Shown here: one piece after another, positions 58,701 through 64,000 of the stretch
Numbering within the stretch: position 1 is the stretch's first letter
Layout: every line of letters starts with the position of its first letter
NCBI GenBank assembly: GCA_035420965.1
Contig: DAOLWC010000002.1
Span: 970 to 64,969 of the forward strand
Direction: 5' to 3'
DNA: 64,000 bases
Source: Candidatus Cloacimonadota bacterium
Lineage (GTDB): Bacteria; Cloacimonadota; Cloacimonadia; Cloacimonadales; Cloacimonadaceae
Notes under the pieces: model-generated
What the model was told of the DNA's origin: nothing
Database searches by the model: none
Seen by the model: the letters and a program-made list of their open reading frames with translations, nothing else
Program-made: the position numbers and the translations under genes

Positions 58701-58811
58701 ACCTGGGATGGCAGGGACAAGGATGGAAACCTGATGGCCTCGGGTGTTTACCAATACCGCCTGAGCGACGGCAGGCAAAGCCAGGGCAAGCGCATGGTCT
58801 TGTTAAAATAA
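55761..58811 (+). CDS. Secreted beta-propeller repeat protein with T9SS-like C-terminal domain
   Basis: About 16 repeats of (I/V).W.D.R...DIYAQ.....G...W; QNHPNPFNP...KRMVLLK; AAGGAG RBS. Confidence 0.85.
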   Translation: MKNIVILLIILGACFSLPAAVLWDEAVAIRQGTNIEWFRTGIETSDGGAIYVWSDTKLGERDLWAQKVDASGNTVWGEPLLIDGKPDRQEDPVITRTSDNNYIIAWIDFSDDPDGNVYAQKVNNQGSLLWQMGGKPVCVISGTQIALNIEPDNSGGAFIVWSDSRNPSKDLYGQRLDANGNPVWTANGIPIANGDGDEEQNTMLPDGEGGLMIAYTHSYVGAEDVYAKRFDANGNMVWPQTLVLTNAPGNQGKVRMAPIAPGEFVFTWEDQRNTDPDIYAQKVNISGQTLWPDPFIVFGDSGTPSFCPQRSPRIVGTSDNAVVVVWEDFRLDDQNPDLFAQKINSAGNLLWGAGGVAFGVGEFAQSGARLDADSNGGCYIVWDDFRNGNSPNDDIYAQHLDANGNALWEANGRPVCTAVNQQNSGLVKVSGDNVFINWMDIRDGSVGIYYQVYNAAGTALLENNGKLVFWGLSGDTPLGNYQIFPRANDLVVIWQDTRFANLGYQIYFQFLDFNGNTLLEENGKPVTLQTGADQVTPNAIVTPDGRIAVVWEDKRGHNPQIYAQLLDASGNRLWGDTGLEITSSTPVRQKDPRITYDEDLDAFYIGWSNYDHVGGTSFIYHVYGQMIQNGQKMWGDDGVKISSIAAEEQNNECILNDMKGPYYIWERYDTSTYTQSVYIKKVNTAGQADTGWPTEGMPVSTYNSWDNEQRTAISALTDEGIFVMWRDKRTDFVSNYYGQLISPSGQRRWDPLGINLADYSREQEQAVIANTDDWGNGIIFACCENIDGYLDIITSRYSLSGSPMWGDLGHFVVQKDSTQANPSIGRFSSGGMAIAWTEYLSIEADIYYKYINADGSFVGEAGGNILCDAGKSQYEPLVVTKGNNAYVIWADGRSSGKTEILGIFAQKLSCETVSNSDPTAPTLNSFDLLQNHPNPFNPSTTIRLSIKDNARPFSLSIYNIKGQLVHTLHDGVLEKGMHTFTWDGRDKDGNLMASGVYQYRLSDGRQSQGKRMVLLK

Positions 58812-58834
58812 CACCTGATAATAACATAATACGC

Positions 58835-58866
58835 AGAGCCCGGGAATATTTCCGGGCTTTGTGTTT
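58835..58866 (+). terminator. Intrinsic terminator
   Basis: agcccgg...ccgggct stem followed by a T-rich tract, about 24 nt after the stop. Confidence 0.7.
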
Positions 58867-59078
58867 TCCCCGGGGAAAGCCATCTGACAAGGCCGTTTGA
58901 AGTCGGCCGGCCTCGGGTTTGGCGAAATCCATGCAAGCTTCCTTGCCGGCTTGAACTCCAAACTCAGCCAGCATGGAGTTCAAAGAGCCTTTTCAGACAG
59001 CAAAGTACCACCAACTTTCTGGGCTCTCTGGACTTCATGCGGGGAAAAGAGCCCCATGCGTGACAATACAGGCGAATA

Positions 59079-59188
59079 GCCCTCATACCTTGATGTCCCA
59101 TCGACAACCCATTGACGCCCGGCCAAAAGCCCGCCCTGCGATTGGTCAGCGGTCAGTCAACGGTCAGCCAGCGATGAGCGTATGGGGC
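59079..59188. repeat. Intergenic module B, copy 3
   Basis: gccctcatac ... gtatggggc inverted ends; ggtcagcggtc agtcaacggtc agccagcgatg 11-mers. Confidence 0.85.
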
Positions 59189-59259
59189 GCAGAGACGGGG
59201 CTGATCTGAGGAGATATAACAACTCAGGGGCTACTTTCCACCTTTCCACGACCTTTCCA

Positions 59260-59345
59260 AAAGACTGGATCCCGGGTCAAGCTATCCCACCCCAACGGAT
59301 CGTTGCCGATCCGTCGAGGACCCCGGCTTGCCCGGGATGACACGG
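59260..59345. repeat. Module C copy with a long nested hairpin
   Basis: aaagactggatcccggg...cccgggatgacacgg; downstream flank similar to 46014-46056. Confidence 0.9.
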
Positions 59346-59558
59346 TATATTGCCTGGTGGACTTGATTCGGGGGGAACCATTCCACCAAACAAACATTCC
59401 ACCTTTCCACCATTTTTATTTCCCCCCCCATATATATAGGTGCTACGAACCCTTCATGCAAGGCGGGAAGCGAATCCCAGGGCAAGTATATAAATATACT
59501 TGCCCGTAATTACTCGGTTATGGGTCGGCCACTTCCCCTTTCTCGTATGCTGGTAGCT

Positions 59559-59687
59559 CTCATTTGCATCCGGCGTTCAGACCCTGGTCTTCCTTAGGTC
59601 AACCTTATAATTTATAAGGATGACCTAAGGATGATGGCATCACAGCCAGTCGCAGCGCAGGAGGGCGGTATGAAGGATTATGGGGAA
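59559..59687. repeat. Intergenic module A, copy 4 (core 59597-59638)
   Basis: ctcatttgcatc...ggtcttccttaggtcaaccttataatttataaggatgacctaaggatgatggc...tatgaagga. Confidence 0.95.
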
Positions 59688-59822
59688 GGTTGTAGTGATT
59701 TTGTGTAAAGGTGAACTGATGGAACAAGGCGGTTCGGCGACCGCCTTTACTGTTCCGGCGCTTGCATAGCGCCGATCAGAAAGACCAGCCAGACACGAAA
59801 CATACGCCCAACAGACTTCATT

Positions 59823-59903
59823 CCGTGTCATCCCGGCCTGTCGGGGTCCCCGCCAAAGCACTCAGTGGTTTGGTGGGGTGACTTGAGCCGGGATCCAGTC
59901 TTT
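59823..59903. repeat. Module C copy, inverted relative to 59260-59345
   Basis: ccgtgtcatcccgg...ccgggatccagtcttt. Confidence 0.9.
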
Positions 59904-60105
59904 GAGAAATGGCCATAGGAAAAAGTGATCGTGGGAAGACCGGTTCCCTGGTCAAGCCACACTGGCTGCCCCGGATTATGGGATAGGCAAGCGCGGTGTG
60001 TTCCTCCACATTATTGCGCCAGGATTTGGAGTAAAGCCGATATTTCCATTGACAAGCCAAGGCTCAAATTAGATTTAGGTTCATAGTTACGACCATGGAG
60101 TTCGA

Positions 60106-60909
60106 GTGAAAAAAGTTAAGATCCAGAGCCTCAGGATATTGATCCAGTCACTGTTTTTGTTGCTTGCACTGTCATGGTTAGCTATCTCTGTTATTGGGGT
60201 CACTCGCAGCATCCACCAATTCTGCCCTTACGCCGTGGTCTGCTTTGGCTTGCGCTGGGGTGTTTTATTGCGCCTGGGCGGGGTGTTGATGTCGGGAGCC
60301 ATCCTCTTTGGATTCGCGGTTCTGGTTTCCACTCTGTTTTGGGGGCGTAAATTCTGCGCCTGGCTCTGCCCATTGGGAACCGTTCAGGAATGGCTGTTCG
60401 CCCTCAGATCGCGTCAATACAGGCTCAAATGCAAATTGCCTTTCTACGCGGACACCGAGGCGGCCTGGCTCAAATACGCCCTGATGGCGGCCACCATCCT
60501 GCTTTCCATTGTGGGCCTGGGATATGTCTCCATCAGGCTCTGCCCCTTCTATTCGCTGTCACTGATACCCAGGATCGCTTTCCCGGGGCTGATCCTGCTG
60601 ATTCTGACCCTGGCGGCCTCCCTGTTCGTTTCGCGTCCCTGGTGCCGCTTTCTCTGTCCCTATGGGGCTTTGATGAATGTTTTCCAGATCGCAGGGCGTA
60701 AGGCGGGAATTCCCCGCAAGCTGGTGAAAAGGAACCTGGAACGCTGCACCGATTGTGGCTTGTGCAGCCTGTGGTGCCCGATGAACATTAACATCGGCGA
60801 GAACGAGTATGTGGAAAACGTGAACTGCATCCATTGCGGCATCTGCGCGGAAAAATGCCCCAAAAAAGGAACTATTGATGAGGAGAGCGCGTGTCTAAAA
60901 CAGCTTTGA
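60106..60909 (+). CDS. Membrane 4Fe-4S binding protein (NapH/MauN/YccM-like)
   Basis: GRKFCAWLCPLG.VQE, RPWCRFLCPYGAL, two CxxCxxCxxxCP motifs. Confidence 0.88.
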   Translation: MKKVKIQSLRILIQSLFLLLALSWLAISVIGVTRSIHQFCPYAVVCFGLRWGVLLRLGGVLMSGAILFGFAVLVSTLFWGRKFCAWLCPLGTVQEWLFALRSRQYRLKCKLPFYADTEAAWLKYALMAATILLSIVGLGYVSIRLCPFYSLSLIPRIAFPGLILLILTLAASLFVSRPWCRFLCPYGALMNVFQIAGRKAGIPRKLVKRNLERCTDCGLCSLWCPMNINIGENEYVENVNCIHCGICAEKCPKKGTIDEESACLKQL

Positions 60910-61448
60910 TATTGGTCATAACGCTTTTGGCTCTGATTGTGGCGCTCCAATTGCTGGCCGCCTTAAACATCTTTCCCCGCACCAGGCTGGTTCCCGTCTG
61001 TCCCGTAAACGCTATCCAGATGCGAAATGGCAAGGCGGTGATCGACCCCGGCAAGTGTATAGGCTGCCAACGCTGTGTGATTGGCGTTCCCGGGATATTA
61101 ACCCCTGTGAAGGAAGACTCTGTCGCGCAGGCTTTGGCTCCCATTGAAAGCCCAGCCGATCCGGTCATATCAGATAATGCCGTCCCCACAAAGGCTGCGC
61201 CAGATAAAGCTAATCCAACCAGCCAGGTCAAACCTGCCAGGCCACAGGAAAGGAAAAGCTATGCCGTGGATGCGCAAAAGTGCATTGGGTGCGGCTTGTG
61301 TACGCTTTTCTGCCCGGAAGGGGCCATTAGCCTGGTGGACGGCAAGGCAGTGATCGACCCTGGTAAATGCGTCAACTGCGGTATCTGTAAAAACGGGAAC
61401 GGCGGCGACTACGATGGCTGTCCCACTGGCGCCATCGCAGCTCCCTGA
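60891..61448 (+). CDS. Membrane-anchored ferredoxin-domain protein
   Basis: N-terminal TM; CP...CIGCQRC; CIGCGLC...CP; CVNCGIC...CP.GAI. Confidence 0.85.
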   Translation: MSKTALILVITLLALIVALQLLAALNIFPRTRLVPVCPVNAIQMRNGKAVIDPGKCIGCQRCVIGVPGILTPVKEDSVAQALAPIESPADPVISDNAVPTKAAPDKANPTSQVKPARPQERKSYAVDAQKCIGCGLCTLFCPEGAISLVDGKAVIDPGKCVNCGICKNGNGGDYDGCPTGAIAAP

Positions 61449-61541
61449 GCAGGTTTGGTTCCGGTCTGCCAGATTGCAGTTGACCAAAACATGAGCTAAT
61501 TTTTTAATGAAATAAAACAATAAATAACAATGGAGGATACC

Positions 61542-62738
61542 ATGAGAAAGACCGTGGTTGTAAGCGCCAAAAGAACCCCCATCGGCAATTTTGGCGGCGT
61601 GTTCAAAGACTATTCAGCCGTAAAACTGGGAGTGGCAGTTTTGAAAGCCATCCTGGAAGAAACAGGCGTTAAAAGCGACCAACTCGATGAAGTGATTTTG
61701 GGCAATGTCTGCGGTTGCGGATATGGCCAGAACGTAGCCAGGCAGGTGGCAATCTACAGCGATGTGCCAAACCACATCCCCGCCTACACGGTAAACAAGG
61801 TTTGCGGCTCGGGCATGAAAGCCATCGCCCTGGGAGCTTTGATGATCTCTGCCGGCGAAGCAGACATCATCGTGGCCGGCGGCATAGAAAACATGAGCCA
61901 GATTCCCTTTGCCTCCATGGATACCCGCTGGGGCGGCAAGATGGGCAACAAAGAACTGGTTGACCTGATGATCAGGGACGGGTTGAGCGATATTTTCAAC
62001 AATTGCCACATGGGCATCACGGCCGAAAACCTGGCAGAAAAATACAGCATCACCCGCGAAGAACAGGATGCCTTCTCCACTGCCAGCCAGAACAAAACCG
62101 AAGCCGCCATGGACAGCGGACGCTTCAAGGATGAGATCGTTCCCATCGTCATCCCCCAACGCAAGGGCGATCCACTGGTCATCGACAAAGACGAGATGCC
62201 CCGCAAAGGCGTGACTGTTGAGAGCCTCGCAAAGCTGAGACCCGCTTTCAAACCTGACGGGACAGTTACAGCCGGCAGTGCTTCGGGAATCAATGACGGA
62301 GCCGCAATGCTCCTGCTGATGAGCGAAGACAAGGCCAAAGAGCTGGGGCTTCCCATCCTGGCCACTTTGGTTGACAGCGCCTCCGCGGGGGTTGATCCCG
62401 CTATCATGGGATATGGCCCCGTTCCCGCCATTGCCAAAGTTCTGAAGAAAAGCAACTGGAAGCTTTCCGATATCGAACTGGCTGAGCTTAACGAGGCATT
62501 CGCATCCCAATCCCTGTCCGTGCTCAAAGGCTTGGAGCTCGAGGGCGTGGGCAAGCTGGATCCCGCCATCGTGAACGTCAATGGCGGAGCCATCGCCCTG
62601 GGTCACCCCATCGGCGCCAGTGGAGCGAGGATAATTGTTTCCCTGCTGCACGAAATGAAGAAACGCGCTGTTCATAAAGGTCTTGCCGCCCTCTGTATCG
62701 GCGGTGGTATGGGCATAGCATCACTGTGGGAAGCATAA
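61542..62738 (+). CDS. thlA: Acetyl-CoA C-acetyltransferase (thiolase)
   Basis: NKVCGSG, NEAFA, NVNGGAIALGHPIGASG, LCIGGG.G. Confidence 0.95.
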   Translation: MRKTVVVSAKRTPIGNFGGVFKDYSAVKLGVAVLKAILEETGVKSDQLDEVILGNVCGCGYGQNVARQVAIYSDVPNHIPAYTVNKVCGSGMKAIALGALMISAGEADIIVAGGIENMSQIPFASMDTRWGGKMGNKELVDLMIRDGLSDIFNNCHMGITAENLAEKYSITREEQDAFSTASQNKTEAAMDSGRFKDEIVPIVIPQRKGDPLVIDKDEMPRKGVTVESLAKLRPAFKPDGTVTAGSASGINDGAAMLLLMSEDKAKELGLPILATLVDSASAGVDPAIMGYGPVPAIAKVLKKSNWKLSDIELAELNEAFASQSLSVLKGLELEGVGKLDPAIVNVNGGAIALGHPIGASGARIIVSLLHEMKKRAVHKGLAALCIGGGMGIASLWEA

Positions 62739-62748
62739 GGAGATACAA

Positions 62749-63993
62749 ATGTCTGACAAACTGAATCTGAAAAATAGCATGGAACTTTTCGCCGAAGCCC
62801 AGACCCTGGTTCCCGGCGGTGTGGCTGGCATCAGGCGCCCCTACAACTTTGTTCCGGGCGAATATCCCATCTTCTTCGAAAAAGGCAAGGGTGGAAGAAT
62901 TATTGACGTTGACGGCAACGAATACATCGATTACCTTTGCGCCTATGGTCCGATCGTTATCGGTTACCGCGAGGAAGAAATCGACAATGCCGTTATCGAG
63001 CAGATCAGGGAAAAAGGGATATGCTTCTCTCTGACCCAAAAACTGCAAAACGAGCTTGTCTATAAGCTGCGGGAACTCATCCCCTCTTGTGAAATGGCTG
63101 CCATTGTGAAAACCGGCAGCGACGCCACGACAATCGCGATCAGGGTCGCCAGAGCCTACACCGGCAAGAAGAAGATCGCGCGCTGCGGTTACCACGGCTG
63201 GCACGATTGGTGCGTCGAGGTGAAGGGCGGTATTCCAGAAAAGCTCTATGAAGACGTTCTGGAATTCCATTACAACGATCTTGACCAACTGGAAGACATC
63301 CTCAAAAACAATCAGGATGACATGGCTGGTATAATCATCACTCCGGTTGGCCATCCCCTGGCGGAACCTGTGCAGATGCCCAAGCCCGGCTATCTGGAAG
63401 GCGTGAGAGCCCTGGCGGATAAATATGGCTGCGTGTTGATCTTTGATGAGATCCGCAGTGGATTCCGCTGCTCCATGGGCGGAGCGCAAGCCCTTTTTGG
63501 CGTCACTCCCGACCTTACCACAATCGGCAAGGCCATGGCCAACGGCTATGCCATCGCCGCCCTGGTCGGAAAAAGGGAATACATGAAAGTGATGGAAAAA
63601 GATGTGTTCCTTTCCTCCACCTTCTTCCCCAATTCCGACGCCCAGGTTGCCGCCCTCAAGACGATCGAGATTCTGCAACGCGACAAGATGCTCGATGTGC
63701 TTGCGGCCAAGGGCAACAACTTCGCTCAACAGGTGGAGAAAGTAGTGGCGGATTCGGGCATCCCGGCCCGTTTCAGTGGAGCTCCCTGGATGCCCTTCAT
63801 CACCTTCCCCAGGGATGAGGCAGGCCTCTACAAAAAACTCCGCACCGAATTCTACACCCAACTGATTCGCCGCGGCGTATTCCTGCAACCCTATCACCAC
63901 GGTTATATCTGCTATCGCCATACAGACGAAGATCTGGCATATACGGTTCAGGCTATCAAAGACTCGCTTGGCGAGCTGAAAAGCATTGTTTGA
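62749..63993 (+). CDS. kat: Class III aminotransferase, probable 3-aminobutyryl-CoA aminotransferase
   Basis: HemL-like fold (D.DGNEY.D, YHGW, FDEI..GFR, GKA.ANG) with IRRPYNFVPGEYP and FLQPYHHGY segments that I recall from Cloacimonas Kat; directly follows thiolase. Confidence 0.75.
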   Translation: MSDKLNLKNSMELFAEAQTLVPGGVAGIRRPYNFVPGEYPIFFEKGKGGRIIDVDGNEYIDYLCAYGPIVIGYREEEIDNAVIEQIREKGICFSLTQKLQNELVYKLRELIPSCEMAAIVKTGSDATTIAIRVARAYTGKKKIARCGYHGWHDWCVEVKGGIPEKLYEDVLEFHYNDLDQLEDILKNNQDDMAGIIITPVGHPLAEPVQMPKPGYLEGVRALADKYGCVLIFDEIRSGFRCSMGGAQALFGVTPDLTTIGKAMANGYAIAALVGKREYMKVMEKDVFLSSTFFPNSDAQVAALKTIEILQRDKMLDVLAAKGNNFAQQVEKVVADSGIPARFSGAPWMPFITFPRDEAGLYKKLRTEFYTQLIRRGVFLQPYHHGYICYRHTDEDLAYTVQAIKDSLGELKSIV

Positions 63994-64000
63994 ACAACAA

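Noticed and set aside
61614-63921. Long antisense ORFs (353, 269, 447 aa), and similar ones opposite lysC, hslO, guaD and the 55.8-kb gene
   Set aside because: Expected shadows of codon-biased GC-rich genes; no motifs or RBS.
62749-63993. hemL (glutamate-1-semialdehyde aminomutase)
   Set aside because: Lacks the PGGVNSPVR and SGTEA signatures, has no tetrapyrrole genes nearby, and the context favours kat.

Overview
64-kb bacterial chromosomal segment, most likely Cloacimonadota (WWE1). This assignment is inferred from four proteins with the FlgD-Ig/T9SS-like C-terminal tail (NYPNPFNP...IYN.KGQLV...WDG.D...K.VLLK) and a gene I recognise from memory as kat (3-aminobutyryl-CoA aminotransferase). 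It is densely coding: holB-murJ-uvrC, an SGNH-SGNH-MBOAT O-acetylation cluster, sugar ABC permeases, a DUF2723/TMEM260-like glycosyltransferase, prepilin peptidase, gcvT-like, malY-dapD-aminotransferase-amidohydrolase, sppA, GntR-ABC, lysC-metG-spoIID-hslO-ASPIC-guaD, an Fe-S pair, and thiolase-kat. I saw no rRNA, tRNA, CRISPR array, transposase or integrase. The main unexplained signal is non-coding. Five intergenic spacers (about 2.9, 13.2, 28.9, 45.8 and 59.4 kb) are built from the same shuffled modules. Module A is up to 161 bp and has a 42-bp core identical in all four copies, centred on a near-perfect palindrome. Module B is about 110 bp with inverted ends and 11-bp-periodic subrepeats. 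Module C is a CGTC-type REP carrying a nested, strand-polarised GGGGTCCCC...GGGGTG hairpin. Module D is an 8-bp-periodic CWTTYCAC tract. At 45.6-46.0 kb, module A sits between 60-bp inverted copies of module C. All family assignments come from motif recognition by eye, not database searches.
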